The notes: generated by a model from the letters alone, not told the origin. 64,000 nt of DNA from a virus (IMGVR_UViG_3300027714_000009:1-64000), one strand, 5' to 3'; positions 35,083-45,207 are shown, counted from the first letter of the stretch. Numbers and translations: made by a program.

Positions 35083-35961
35083 CTATACAACAGCAACCCT
35101 ACGCATACATGTAACTTCTGCAGTACGTTTCCACTTCTCAGAACCGAAGCTCTTTTTCAAGTCTGCTAATTTAGTAACCATACGCAATGATATTTCACGC
35201 ATCTTTTCTTTGTTACTAATCATAAAGTCCATTATGTCTGTTTCTTCTTCTGCTGTAAAGTCATACTCATTAAGCATGCCATCTGCAACAATCTGCTTAC
35301 AACGTAATACTTTTTCACGTGTAGTATCCATTGTAAGATCTAAGTAATGACAACGTGACATGATTGCCGCTAAGTGATCTTTAATTTTACCACGTACATT
35401 ATCAAACTTAAGGTTAGTAATAAAAATTACACTACCTTGGAATTCAAAAGTATCTGGAATACCTTCCCTACGTAGTAATGCACTATCTGTATTCCAGCAT
35501 AGCTTACGCTTCTTACATGAGTCAAGTGCTGCCTTTAGCAAGTTAAGCGATGTCTCATCATACAATACTGTATCACAATCATCTAACACAAGAACACTGT
35601 TTTTGTCTGCATTATTGTAAAGTACTTTGTACAAACCAATTGCACTACTAGCACCTTTAATAACTTCAAAACGTAATTTATTGTTAGCAAGGACATCAAA
35701 CAAACTATTCTTTTCTAGAACTTGTTCAACACCATATGACTTACCAACTCCTGGAGGACCCGTTACAACCATACCACGTACAACACCATCAATTGATGCT
35801 TGTGTCATATCGTCTAGTATTTGGAAACGTTCACGCATACGTTCAATAATCTGAGCGTCTGTTTCTTTGGGATTGTCTACAACGTTATTTGGAAGTACTT
35901 CAATAATTGTCTCGCCTTTACGATCTTTACGAGCTTTCTTAAGTTGCATTGTTTTCGACAT
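35083..35961 (-). CDS. AAA+ ATPase
   Basis: GPPGVGKS, VLVLDDCD, ITN sensor, SRC arginine finger. Confidence 0.85.
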   Translation of the reverse strand: MSKTMQLKKARKDRKGETIIEVLPNNVVDNPKETDAQIIERMRERFQILDDMTQASIDGVVRGMVVTGPPGVGKSYGVEQVLEKNSLFDVLANNKLRFEVIKGASSAIGLYKVLYNNADKNSVLVLDDCDTVLYDETSLNLLKAALDSCKKRKLCWNTDSALLRREGIPDTFEFQGSVIFITNLKFDNVRGKIKDHLAAIMSRCHYLDLTMDTTREKVLRCKQIVADGMLNEYDFTAEEETDIMDFMISNKEKMREISLRMVTKLADLKKSFGSEKWKRTAEVTCMRRVAVV

Positions 35962-36013
35962 ATTTTGAACTCCTGTTCTTTTGTTTACTTCAATTAACTA
36001 ACTTTATATACTA

Positions 36014-36042
36014 AGTATACAGTAAGAAGTCTTACTTGTCAA
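36014..36042 (-). promoter_or_regulatory. sigma70 promoter with palindromic spacer site
   Basis: TTGACA-N17-TATACT; GTAAGAagTCTTAC at 36022-36035. Confidence 0.88.
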
Positions 36043-36093
36043 CCGGTATATTGCAATTATTTTAATCTTTTTTTGATTAGTTTATTCATACGA

Positions 36094-36120
36094 TTGGGCC
36101 AGTCCAAAAGGACGGCCCAA
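36094..36120 (-). terminator. GC-rich hairpin after the HTH gene
   Basis: ttgggcc(a)gtcc-aaaa-ggacggcccaa. Confidence 0.55.
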
Positions 36121-36132
36121 TTGTTGTAAGTA

Positions 36133-36393
36133 TTATACTGCTACTCTTTTTTTAGATATAGTGTACTCGTTAGCAGATCTGCCAACGTTACCTTCTGAAA
36201 TAGCTGTAGCTCTAACATTAAAGCCCATGTCTCTTAATTCAGATAGTCTAGCACCCGGAGATGCGATGTCTAATTTATCTCTTAGACTGTCCATAGTAAA
36301 CGTTTTACCAGTACCCCAGAATCTTGCTAGGATTTGTTGGTTTTGTGTTCCTTCTTTAAAGAACTTAGTTCCTACTGCTTTTTTATTTTTCAT
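36133..36393 (-). CDS. small winged-helix DNA-binding protein
   Basis: IASPGARLSELRDMGFNV recognition helix followed by a beta wing; basic. Confidence 0.7.
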   Translation of the reverse strand: MKNKKAVGTKFFKEGTQNQQILARFWGTGKTFTMDSLRDKLDIASPGARLSELRDMGFNVRATAISEGNVGRSANEYTISKKRVAV

Positions 36394-36446
36394 ATTATTA
36401 CTTCCTTTTAGTTTGTAACAAACTGTTTGTCTGTTAAGTTAAGTAT

Positions 36447-36475
36447 ATAATACTATTAATCGGGGAATATGTCAA
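36447..36475 (-). promoter_or_regulatory. sigma70-type promoter of the wHTH gene
   Basis: TTGACA-N17-TATTAT; no palindrome. Confidence 0.7.
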
Positions 36476-36489
36476 CCTTTAATAAACCC

Positions 36490-37197
36490 CTATAATGCTA
36501 GGATTTTTACCCGGTTTAACATAGTTTCTTTAGAATCTGAGTACTTTGACACTTCATGGTTCTTAACTGTGCCTCGTATCTTAATAACTCTATCAGCAAC
36601 AATGTCGCTAATATCTGGTTGATCTCTCCACCAAAACTTAATAATGTCTTTACCCATGTAACATGCAGATATCATGTAAATGTTACTAGATTGTATAAAT
36701 TTAACATCTAGCACTTCTACAGCAAGATCGTAACGTTTAGACTTCTCACCAAAGTATTGGCTACTGTGCTTCAAAGAAACCATTTTATCAGCTACTACTT
36801 CACGTTTTTTATCAACTGTAACACTATGTGGCAAGCTAGCAATAATACTAACAGAAAACTTACTTACATCAGCTTCTGACAATGCTTTAACAACATTAGC
36901 TTCAAAGTTGTTAAGATTATTAGTCATCTTCTTAATCATAAGTTTGCCGTTAATGTGATCAACTAAGTCTGTACCCTTTGATGAGTACTCATTTACAATT
37001 GCTGTAGTTCTTGCCTTTGAAGATAGAATTTTTCCAATTTCAGACTTATTGTCCTCAATTCTTACTTCTGTTTCAGAATCGGTAGTTGTGTCAATATACC
37101 CTTGACCACTGCGGATAAAACCTTGCTTTTCGTGTACTTTGATAGCTACACACATTACATCATGTACTGTAACTGAAGGGTAAGGAACTTTTTTCAT
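36490..37197 (-). CDS. hypothetical protein with C-terminal OB-fold-like region
   Basis: IRGTVKNH...ETMLNRVK. Confidence 0.6.
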   Translation of the reverse strand: MKKVPYPSVTVHDVMCVAIKVHEKQGFIRSGQGYIDTTTDSETEVRIEDNKSEIGKILSSKARTTAIVNEYSSKGTDLVDHINGKLMIKKMTNNLNNFEANVVKALSEADVSKFSVSIIASLPHSVTVDKKREVVADKMVSLKHSSQYFGEKSKRYDLAVEVLDVKFIQSSNIYMISACYMGKDIIKFWWRDQPDISDIVADRVIKIRGTVKNHEVSKYSDSKETMLNRVKILAL

Positions 37198-37228
37198 ATC
37201 ATATACTCCGTTTCTGACTTATATATAC

Positions 37229-37257
37229 ATTATACGGTAAGATATCTTACTTGTCAA
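37229..37257 (-). promoter_or_regulatory. sigma70 promoter with perfect 14-bp palindrome
   Basis: TTGACA-N17-TATAAT; GTAAGATATCTTAC at 37237-37250. Confidence 0.92.
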
Positions 37258-37270
37258 CCTTTAATTTAGA

Positions 37271-37729
37271 CTATAATGAAATGTCTTCTAATCCGGCTGC
37301 TCGTAATTTAACAATATTATTAATCTGAAAGCCTTTAGCTTCTAATGCTTTAATAATACCAATGTACTTGTTACGTACTAAGCTAAAGTCGTTAATCAAA
37401 TACTGCATGTCTACTACTTCTTGTTCACCATCTACATACTTCTCTGCATCACGTGAACTAAGTGCTTTATTGTAATTTTCTAAAAACTTGCGAAATGTGC
37501 GTGATCTAAGTTTACGCATTTCTGTGTGAAGGAATTCAAGTATCGCTTCAACTTCTTGTAGTTGATTAAAGCGATACTCAACGATACCGGGCATGTCTCT
37601 GCTTTGACGCTCAAGCACACCTTTCATACTACATTCAAACCTGCCTTCTTCGATTTGTTGTTCGAAGAAAGAGATAGCCGAAACTATCTCTCCCAGGTTC
37701 TGTGTAACTTTACGATACCAAGCACTCAT
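37271..37729 (-). CDS. uvsY: UvsY-like recombination mediator
   Basis: helical, EKYVDGE, KGFQINN; downstream of uvsX. Confidence 0.7.
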   Translation of the reverse strand: MSAWYRKVTQNLGEIVSAISFFEQQIEEGRFECSMKGVLERQSRDMPGIVEYRFNQLQEVEAILEFLHTEMRKLRSRTFRKFLENYNKALSSRDAEKYVDGEQEVVDMQYLINDFSLVRNKYIGIIKALEAKGFQINNIVKLRAAGLEDISL

Positions 37730-37998
37730 TAGTAGTCTTCACTTTCATCGTCTTCATTATACTCGTCAAAGATAGGTTCATCCTCTTCTTCTGCTTCTAA
37801 CCAAGAATCCATAGCATCGCCTAAAAACTCACAATGATCAGAGATCTCTTTAATTGCAGGCTTAATATCAAACCCATAATCAGCTAGTTGTAGAATGACT
37901 TTAGATGCAAACTCGGGCTTATCCTTATCGTGAATAAAGTGCGTAGCTTCGTCGTACATGTTAAAAATAAACTCAAAATCTCCATCAGATAGATTCAT
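37729..37998 (-). CDS. small acidic hypothetical protein
   Basis: GGAGG SD; overlaps both neighbours. Confidence 0.7.
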   Translation of the reverse strand: MNLSDGDFEFIFNMYDEATHFIHDKDKPEFASKVILQLADYGFDIKPAIKEISDHCEFLGDAMDSWLEAEEEDEPIFDEYNEDDESEDY

Positions 37999-39094
37999 TT
38001 ACAACCTCCTCGGTTTCATTGTGTTCAATTAAATCGTCTTCTTCAATTGGGGCATCAACTCTTTCATCATCATACTCTGACATGACTAAGTCAAGTGCTC
38101 CATCTTTGTTAAGATTCCAAGGCTTACGGAACATTTTAATTACTTCGCCAGTTACCGGGCTAATGTACTCTAAACTGTTTCCACTTTTCTTTAGCAATTC
38201 TTTAGCTTCAAAAAAGTCAGTTAAGCCACTGTATGGTGACATACCTGTTTCGTATGGGATTTCAACTTGCACACTTTCAAACGGCTTAGAATAACGTGTT
38301 TTCATTACTTTACAAGCGGCACGAATACCATGTACTTGAGAAGTTTTATTTCCGTCTGCGTCTGTTTTAAGTTTTAGTTTACGCATAGCAATAACAATAC
38401 TTGATGCATATATAAAGCCCTGTCCGCCTGAGATCTTGTCATCTGGGTCAAACATATCTTGTGATGCATAAGTGTGATTAGTTGCTAATAGCCCTACGTT
38501 GTATTGTCCAAACATATTAACTGTGTTACGTACTAATGATGTAAGTGCTTTAGGTTTACGACCCATGTCACCTTTCATATCACCTTTTTGAAACTGATCA
38601 ACATCAGTAGGTGTTAGTAGCATACCCAGTGAATCAACTACAAATAACACTTTAGGACGTTCTTCATCGGCCTTATCAGCGTATTCTGCTTTGTAGTCTT
38701 TCATAAAGTCACTAACTGTTTTAGCAACGTCATCAATCATTGACATGTTTAGTTTTAGTAGTTTATCAGGTGTAGTGTCTACATCAAGTGCATGTAGCCA
38801 TTTCTCATCAAGTGCGTTTTCTGAGTCAATTAAGATAACAAAAATGCCTTGATCCTGCGCCGCCTTTACTACATTGCCTGCGGCAATATATGATTTACCT
38901 GCACCACTTTCGCCTGCAAGTACTGTTACTTTACCTAGTGGAATTCCTTTAGTAAACTCTCCACTGATAAGTTTGTTTAGTGTGTAATTTCCGGTACTAA
39001 TCCATGTATCAGGGTCGTTGAATCCAACACTTAGTCCTGGTACGCTTTTTGTAATAGCTTTACGGAATTTACTTACGTCAAATGGTCTCGCCAT
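37985..39094 (-). CDS. uvsX: RecA/UvsX recombinase
   Basis: GESGAGKS, DSENA, VVDSLG, NHTY, SGG. Confidence 0.95.
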   Translation of the reverse strand: MARPFDVSKFRKAITKSVPGLSVGFNDPDTWISTGNYTLNKLISGEFTKGIPLGKVTVLAGESGAGKSYIAAGNVVKAAQDQGIFVILIDSENALDEKWLHALDVDTTPDKLLKLNMSMIDDVAKTVSDFMKDYKAEYADKADEERPKVLFVVDSLGMLLTPTDVDQFQKGDMKGDMGRKPKALTSLVRNTVNMFGQYNVGLLATNHTYASQDMFDPDDKISGGQGFIYASSIVIAMRKLKLKTDADGNKTSQVHGIRAACKVMKTRYSKPFESVQVEIPYETGMSPYSGLTDFFEAKELLKKSGNSLEYISPVTGEVIKMFRKPWNLNKDGALDLVMSEYDDERVDAPIEEDDLIEHNETEEVVNESI

Positions 39095-39165
39095 AGTTTT
39101 CTCCTTTAATTAATAAATGTACAGCAACTATTATGCCACTGTACATTCATAATGTTTATTTTAGC

Positions 39166-40224
39166 TTATTGCTTTCGGTTACGAATTGCTGCCAAAATGT
39201 CCTGGGCACTCGGTGCATCAGTAGTAGTTACTTCGGGTGCCGCTGCTGCCATTGCCATTGCTGGTTCTGGAGTTGCTACTGCCGCCGGAGGCGCTACTGG
39301 TGCCGCTACAGGTGCAACTGGTGCAGGTGCTGTAGGAACTGCTTCTACTATTGGTGCAGGAGCAATTGGTGCTGTTGGAGCAATTGGTGCTGCCGGAGCG
39401 GGTGCTGGTGCTGGTGCTGTACCTTGTGCAGGTGCATCAACTCCATATGGACGATAGAACGTTGCAAAACGTGCTGGATCGTACAATTGCCCATCAACAC
39501 TAGCTTCAAACATTTCGAAGATAGCATTTAGTGCTTCAGCATCTGGCTTCTTAGGAAGATAATCATTTAGATTATACAAGCCATGTGTTGCAATTGCATC
39601 ACGTTCTGCTTGATCTAAACTACGCTCCCTACGAGCCCAATTCGATGTTGAGTAGTCAGCATATTGACCCTTGGTAGATTTCTTAATTGTGAAATCAGTA
39701 CCAGCTTCATAGTCTGTTGGAATTTCCTGAAACTCAGGATCCATCAGTGCTGAACTAATGATCTTATAGATCTGTGGTGAGATTACGAAACGCCTAATAG
39801 GATTCTCAGGTACTGAGTCTTCCTGCATTTCACTTTGTGGTACAAAGCCTTGGAAAATATACGAACGCTTTTTCCAATACTTACGACCCATGTCTTCCAT
39901 AGATGGATCTTTAAACCAAGGACGAATTTCTGCGTGTACAGGACATTGATCGCCCCACATTTCCACACAAGGAACTTGTACTGTTACTGGTTTATTTTCG
40001 TCTCCACCTTTTACTCCTGGAAACTGTAGACGAATCATTTGACGTTCTTTCCAAAAGAAAGTGTTGTCTTCGTCTGCGTCTGGGAGGAATCGCAACGTGG
40101 CTGAAGTGCCTTCTGGAATGTTCCAGTGTGCGAATATTGCGTTGTCGCCGCCGCTATTACTAGAGCCTGAACTCTTTTTATCTTGTGCCTGTAATTTTGC
40201 ACGGATGTCTGCTAAAGATGCCAT
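39166..40224 (-). CDS. single-stranded DNA-binding protein (gp32-like)
   Basis: LRFLP, C..CPVH zinc site, GTDFTIKK, DYSTS; Pro/Ala-rich tail; next to uvsX. Confidence 0.85.
   Translation of the reverse strand: MASLADIRAKLQAQDKKSSGSSNSGGDNAIFAHWNIPEGTSATLRFLPDADEDNTFFWKERQMIRLQFPGVKGGDENKPVTVQVPCVEMWGDQCPVHAEIRPWFKDPSMEDMGRKYWKKRSYIFQGFVPQSEMQEDSVPENPIRRFVISPQIYKIISSALMDPEFQEIPTDYEAGTDFTIKKSTKGQYADYSTSNWARRERSLDQAERDAIATHGLYNLNDYLPKKPDAEALNAIFEMFEASVDGQLYDPARFATFYRPYGVDAPAQGTAPAPAPAPAAPIAPTAPIAPAPIVEAVPTAPAPVAPVAAPVAPPAAVATPEPAMAMAAAAPEVTTTDAPSAQDILAAIRNRKQ
39270..39432 (-). repeat. Pro/Ala low-complexity coding repeat in the SSB tail
   Basis: GCACCA-based 6/9/18-nt repeats (APAPAP, APIAPT). 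Confidence 0.7.
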
Positions 40225-40333
40225 TATTAGTTTCTCCTATTTTAGCCTTTATTTGTAGCGGAACAGTATCGTTCCACTTTGTTTAGCAACTAACCTCTCG
40301 TTAGTTACTTGTTTTGCCTTTGTTAGCCTTTAC

Positions 40334-40362
40334 AGTATATAATATCTTACACCTACTGTCAA
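40334..40362 (-). promoter_or_regulatory. sigma70-type promoter of the ssb-uvsX operon
   Basis: TTGACA-N17-TATACT. Confidence 0.8.
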
Positions 40363-40390
40363 GTGTTTTTACAAAAAAGATTGCAAATAA

Positions 40391-41668
40391 TTATGCAACC
40401 TTTCTACGTAATTCGTTTAGTACTGACTCATCTAGTGATTCAGCTGGTTGTGCTTGGGGTTCTGCATTGTAGTTTGAATCCAAGTACTTACATATCTTAG
40501 CAAGCAAAATAACATGTTTTTGAGGCAAGTTATGTAGCTCTGAGCCAATATGTGATAATATGTTAAATGCTTCATCATTCTTACTACACATAGCAAGGTA
40601 TGATAACATACTGCTTAGTTTTGCCATTGCACCCATTCCACCTGAGTATTTTACTGGATCTTCATTATCAGGATGTTCTGGATCATTTGGATCAATTGTT
40701 AGCTTAAAATCTTCCTTACCTTTAATCATTTCCATTAAACGATCAAAATATTGCTTAGTTAGGTCTGTCATGCTATCTTTCTCCTTTATAATTCGTGCTA
40801 CGGTTTCTAATACAGCGTCCATATCTGTATTCTTAAATGTATTATACATGAACTTATCTGAGATGTCAACCTCTGAATCGCTATTTTCTACGATTTCTTG
40901 TGGTTTTACTGCATATCCATCATATCCTTTAACAGTTTGTAGACTGTTAACTGTATGCTTTAATTCTGTTAGTTTTGCTTTAACTGTTTCAACAATGTCT
41001 TGATTAGCTTCAGTAACTAGCTTGTTTGAACGTACATGACGTAAAAACTGGTTACATTGTGTTACTTCATTACATATGCTTAAAATTGATTCACCTAGCT
41101 CATCATATGGTGTTCCGCCCATACTTACGTGCTTGGCCATAGCTTTAGCACCACTTAAATATTTGTGTGGGAAACGGAATCTCTCGCCTGCTGAATTCTC
41201 AATAAACATAGCTTGTATGTTACGTGAGCGTGAACCGCGTACTTCTTCATTAACACTCTTACTGTGTTTAATTACAAGTCTAGTTGACTCGGGTAACTGT
41301 ATGTAGCTTGTTTTCATAGAACCTGTTGCACGTGCATATCCTTCTGATACTGTATCATGTGCGAAATCTTTTGGTACTATTTTCTTATCAAACTTTCTTA
41401 TTGTATATTCTGCCATAGCGTTATGTCCTGCTTTCTTGATACTACTTAATAAATCTTTATGCTTATTAAAGCTAAAATCCGCTCCTGCTTGAACTAAAAC
41501 CTCAACTTCGTCATTTTCTATACGTATAGTGACTAGAAAATCTTCATCATATGCATAGAGCCTTGCTGAGTTCTGTGCGTCTAAAGTTTTGTTTCCTCCA
41601 AAGTCAAACATTTTTAATTTAATGTTTGCACCTTTTAAGATGTTAAAGATTTCGGTTGATAATTCCAT
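40391..41668 (-). CDS. conserved hypothetical late (head-associated) protein
   Basis: TAAATA at 41687-41692; adjacent to terminase; many [LIV]xE sites. Confidence 0.65.
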   Translation of the reverse strand: MELSTEIFNILKGANIKLKMFDFGGNKTLDAQNSARLYAYDEDFLVTIRIENDEVEVLVQAGADFSFNKHKDLLSSIKKAGHNAMAEYTIRKFDKKIVPKDFAHDTVSEGYARATGSMKTSYIQLPESTRLVIKHSKSVNEEVRGSRSRNIQAMFIENSAGERFRFPHKYLSGAKAMAKHVSMGGTPYDELGESILSICNEVTQCNQFLRHVRSNKLVTEANQDIVETVKAKLTELKHTVNSLQTVKGYDGYAVKPQEIVENSDSEVDISDKFMYNTFKNTDMDAVLETVARIIKEKDSMTDLTKQYFDRLMEMIKGKEDFKLTIDPNDPEHPDNEDPVKYSGGMGAMAKLSSMLSYLAMCSKNDEAFNILSHIGSELHNLPQKHVILLAKICKYLDSNYNAEPQAQPAESLDESVLNELRRKVA

Positions 41669-41710
41669 AGTAGTATTCCTTTAATGTATTTATCTAATTA
41701 TGTTTTTTTA

Positions 41711-43267
41711 CTATAACAAGCTAAACGGCATGGGTTCCATTCCGTCTTCGTCGTCAAAGTCTTCATTTAAGTATTCAAATGCACTTTCTTCGTACTTTGA
41801 TACTTCCATGCTCATTCTTACTATTAATGCTAATGCCATTACTAAGTCATCAGTTTCGCCATCTTTGGCTGCATAGCTGTTTCCTCTGGCAATAAATGTT
41901 TTTAATTCACGTAGCAATGGTTTACTTGCTATCTCTATTTTTTCTGTTTCTATCCAATGTTTTAATTTTGAACATGCCGCAATTTTACTTTTGTGTGTAG
42001 TAGTAAAGCCTCGTCTGTATCTTTTAGCATTTCCATGTTGTCTTGTTTCACTTAGGAATGTACCAGGAAAGTTCTCTTCTCCTGTTTCTTCTACAACTAC
42101 TAATGCCGCTTCGCCTAATGTATTGTTTTCCATACTGTAGTATATTTCACAGTCGCCGCCCGTTTCACTTTCTATATATTGTGATATTTCTCGTAGAATT
42201 TTAATCTGACCTTGTACTGTAGTTCTATTGTGCATCCACTCAGCTACCTGTTTCATTCCTGGCATACTGTATACTTCAATGGCTGCATTGTCGCCTCCTG
42301 TACCTAAACTAGGATCTAATCCTATTACATATAACTTGCCTTTAGCTACTGGTGCATACCAACGAACTTGTCCTGCTTTTGCATAAGCATCACGTGCTTC
42401 CATATTACTAAGTTTAATACTATCAATTAGTGTCTCATCAAACGCAATAAATTCACAGTTATGTTCACGTCTAAATCTTTCTTCACCAATTTTTCCACGC
42501 TCTATATTTGCCCAGTCTTCATCTCTATCTGGATGTACTTCCCATGATGCTAGGTAGTGTGCAAATCCGTTTATGCCTTGAGCTGTTGCATTTCCATACT
42601 CATCTGCATTCTTATTAGCATCTCTCCAAATTTGTGCAAATTGATCATCGTCCATGTTTGGTGTACTTGTAATAATACATTTACCACCTGTTGCCAATGT
42701 AGGCGAAAGTGATGTCCAAAACTCTTTAGCAATGTTAGGACGCACAAATGCAAACTCGTCTAAGTATGCTAATGATATAGACAAACCACGTCCAGTATTT
42801 TCTGTTGTACTCTGTGCTACAATGCGTGATCCGTTATCAAATTCCAACGATCCTTTGTTATATGCAGTAACACCAGCTCTAATGAAATCAGGTAGTGTTT
42901 CGTACGCAAATCTAATACGTTGCATAATTTCACTAGCACCTGAATATTTGTGTGCCGCAATAAGAATTGTTTGGTCTGGATTAAACATAGCATACCAAAG
43001 TAAATATCCTGCCGCACAAGTTGATTTACCTGTTTGACGTGCAAGCATACTAATGCTGTATCTATTATTGTGGTATGTGTCTACTAGTTCTTCTTGGAAG
43101 TCGTATAGAGCAAATTTCATACGTCCTTTTGTAGGATGCTGAATATAACAGTGTTCCTTCATAAAATGTTTAGGAGACTGCGAGCATAATGCAAGTTCAT
43201 GTATTTGCTGTTCTGTATACTTTTCTTTTGTATAAGGGGTTTTAGTTAATTTTGTATCTACTGCCAT
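41711..43267 (-). CDS. terminase large subunit (gp17-like)
   Basis: LYDFQ, ARQTGKST, LDEFAF, TSTP, GLDP, DDLVMA. Confidence 0.96.
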   Translation of the reverse strand: MAVDTKLTKTPYTKEKYTEQQIHELALCSQSPKHFMKEHCYIQHPTKGRMKFALYDFQEELVDTYHNNRYSISMLARQTGKSTCAAGYLLWYAMFNPDQTILIAAHKYSGASEIMQRIRFAYETLPDFIRAGVTAYNKGSLEFDNGSRIVAQSTTENTGRGLSISLAYLDEFAFVRPNIAKEFWTSLSPTLATGGKCIITSTPNMDDDQFAQIWRDANKNADEYGNATAQGINGFAHYLASWEVHPDRDEDWANIERGKIGEERFRREHNCEFIAFDETLIDSIKLSNMEARDAYAKAGQVRWYAPVAKGKLYVIGLDPSLGTGGDNAAIEVYSMPGMKQVAEWMHNRTTVQGQIKILREISQYIESETGGDCEIYYSMENNTLGEAALVVVEETGEENFPGTFLSETRQHGNAKRYRRGFTTTHKSKIAACSKLKHWIETEKIEIASKPLLRELKTFIARGNSYAAKDGETDDLVMALALIVRMSMEVSKYEESAFEYLNEDFDDEDGMEPMPFSLL

Positions 43268-43305
43268 ACTACTATTTACCTTAATAAACTATGCAGTTAA
43301 TAAAG

Positions 43306-43334
43306 AAAAATAGCGTAACCTAAGTTACGCTATT
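43306..43334 (-). terminator. intrinsic terminator
   Basis: aatagcgtaac-ctaa-gttacgctatt plus T tract. Confidence 0.8.
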
Positions 43335-43352
43335 ATTTCGGGAGGGATGTCT

Positions 43353-44705
43353 TTATTTATTTTTTGCTTTGTTATATGCTTCTTTGATACCATCAACTGT
43401 ATGCTCTTTTAAGCCTACTTTCATGTCTTCTGCATCTAAGTAACGTTTAAGACTTAAATTTACACTCTGTGCATATTCATATGGGTCACCATGTGATGTT
43501 TCTGCTTCTTCAGCAGCTCCATCTGGGGTATTTGCCCATTCGTCTAATTTTGTTTTAATTTTCTCTTCTGATAAACCTGAGTTCTTCATAAGTGTAATTA
43601 ACTGTGTAGTGTCCATTGTTGGAGACTCTTCTAAATCTTCTTTATCTTTAGATTCATCTTCATCAGCATCATCTGCTTTTTTTCCACCTTTAGAAGCTAG
43701 CATTTTTGCAAACGCTGCTTTCTGTGCTGGACTTTGTGCTTCATCTAAATCTTCTTTATCCCATGGTGCCTTTGCTACAGAAACTTTCTTCTTCTTCTCA
43801 CCGCGTGGTGATTCGTAGTTTTTTGCTCTGTCCTGTGCTTTCTCTTTAGCTTCATCAGATATTGATTCTGCTACCCAATGTGATCCAGCTGCATCATGTG
43901 AATCATGTGTACATTCGCAACCTGGTTTAGGATTGTCAATTTGACATCCGCATGCTTCACATACGCCAGATGCTTCTGTCATTTCTTCTGCTTCTGGTTG
44001 ATCCATAAGTCCTAGTTCAACAAGTCTAGCTTGAATAGCTGGTCTACAATCTGTGTCAGGACCTAAGTCTACTGACATTTGATGAAACTCATCAAATAAT
44101 TCGTCGTCACCTAAAATGCCGTACATTACATCTGCAGCACCATCACCGTCTTCACCGCAAGGTAAAGGTTGTGACATTATTTCTTTTAGCTTTTCAATTT
44201 GCTCAGGAGTTTCTGGAACTGCCCAAGTGCCTTCTACCATGTCTTCTTCTTTTGTGTATTCTTTACCAGCTACTTTAAACTTTTCGCCTTTGTGCTTACC
44301 AACTTGTGCGCCTGAGAAAGCATTGCCTTCGTTTGGCTCTTCATTAAAATGCTTTTTTAATTCTTCTTCATCTTCATCATCCATGTCAGTAAACTCGTCA
44401 TCTTTAAACAAATCATCATTTTCATCTTCATCTTCAGGATCAACAGATTCCATTTCTGGGTTTTCTGGCATTTCGTTATGACGTCTAAAGTCTGCTACAA
44501 AGTCTTGAAGTGTGTCGCCATCTAAATAACGAACTAATTCGTTAAATACTGGATGGTCGCTACAATCTAATTCGTCGCATAATGCCCAAACGCCTTCTGC
44601 TGTATCGCCTACTGCTTCTGGTGTTATTTCTCTATCGCTTGACTGGCTTTGAGCTCTGCTTGTGCCATGGCCAGCAAGTTTTAAAATTCTATCTAAATCA
44701 CTCAT
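43353..44705 (-). CDS. highly acidic putative internal head/scaffold protein
   Basis: DRILKLAG N-terminus; many MxE/LxE sites separating modules. Confidence 0.55.
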   Translation of the reverse strand: MSDLDRILKLAGHGTSRAQSQSSDREITPEAVGDTAEGVWALCDELDCSDHPVFNELVRYLDGDTLQDFVADFRRHNEMPENPEMESVDPEDEDENDDLFKDDEFTDMDDEDEEELKKHFNEEPNEGNAFSGAQVGKHKGEKFKVAGKEYTKEEDMVEGTWAVPETPEQIEKLKEIMSQPLPCGEDGDGAADVMYGILGDDELFDEFHQMSVDLGPDTDCRPAIQARLVELGLMDQPEAEEMTEASGVCEACGCQIDNPKPGCECTHDSHDAAGSHWVAESISDEAKEKAQDRAKNYESPRGEKKKKVSVAKAPWDKEDLDEAQSPAQKAAFAKMLASKGGKKADDADEDESKDKEDLEESPTMDTTQLITLMKNSGLSEEKIKTKLDEWANTPDGAAEEAETSHGDPYEYAQSVNLSLKRYLDAEDMKVGLKEHTVDGIKEAYNKAKNK

Positions 44706-45207
44706 CGCCTTTTTCCTTTTGTTTTTTAAGTTTTAATAACTCTTTAATGAAACTGGTGTTGTACTCATCACCATAATGATCCTTTGATTCTACTTTATTA
44801 GCTTCGTCATAATCAGGATCTTCCAATATACTTTTAACTTCTGTTCCGTCAGCCTCGATGTTATCATCGGGTTCGTTTTCGCCTTTAATTTTAAAAGTGC
44901 CATCTGCTAATCCTAACATATTGCGGATTCCATTTGCAAGTTCCCATCCACTAGCAATTAAGTTAGTGTCAAAGTCATATGTAAATACTTCATATCCTCT
45001 ATGTTGTGGAAAATCACGTGGCGTACTTTGCAAAATTGTTTTCCGTGCAGCACCGAGTCCTTTAGAGTCGTATTTACCGAGGTGCTTCTCTATGCGATCA
45101 CATTGTTCGTCAGTAAGTTCGTGTATTGTTTTCACTTTGAACTTCCAAGACTTTTTATTCTCTGTCAAATATTCAGTATAAGATTTCATTACAGTTATCT
45201 CTCCCAT
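44698..45207 (-). CDS. hypothetical late protein
   Basis: MKSYTEYLTE motif; TAAATA at 45214-45219; start may be 45189. Confidence 0.65.
   Translation of the reverse strand: MGEITVMKSYTEYLTENKKSWKFKVKTIHELTDEQCDRIEKHLGKYDSKGLGAARKTILQSTPRDFPQHRGYEVFTYDFDTNLIASGWELANGIRNMLGLADGTFKIKGENEPDDNIEADGTEVKSILEDPDYDEANKVESKDHYGDEYNTSFIKELLKLKKQKEKGDE

Noticed and set aside
39133-39531. Plus-strand Gly/Ala-rich and Cys/Arg/Trp-rich ORFs (39152-39457, 39133-39531)
   Set aside because: Antisense shadows of the Pro/Ala repeat in the SSB gene; no SD or promoter
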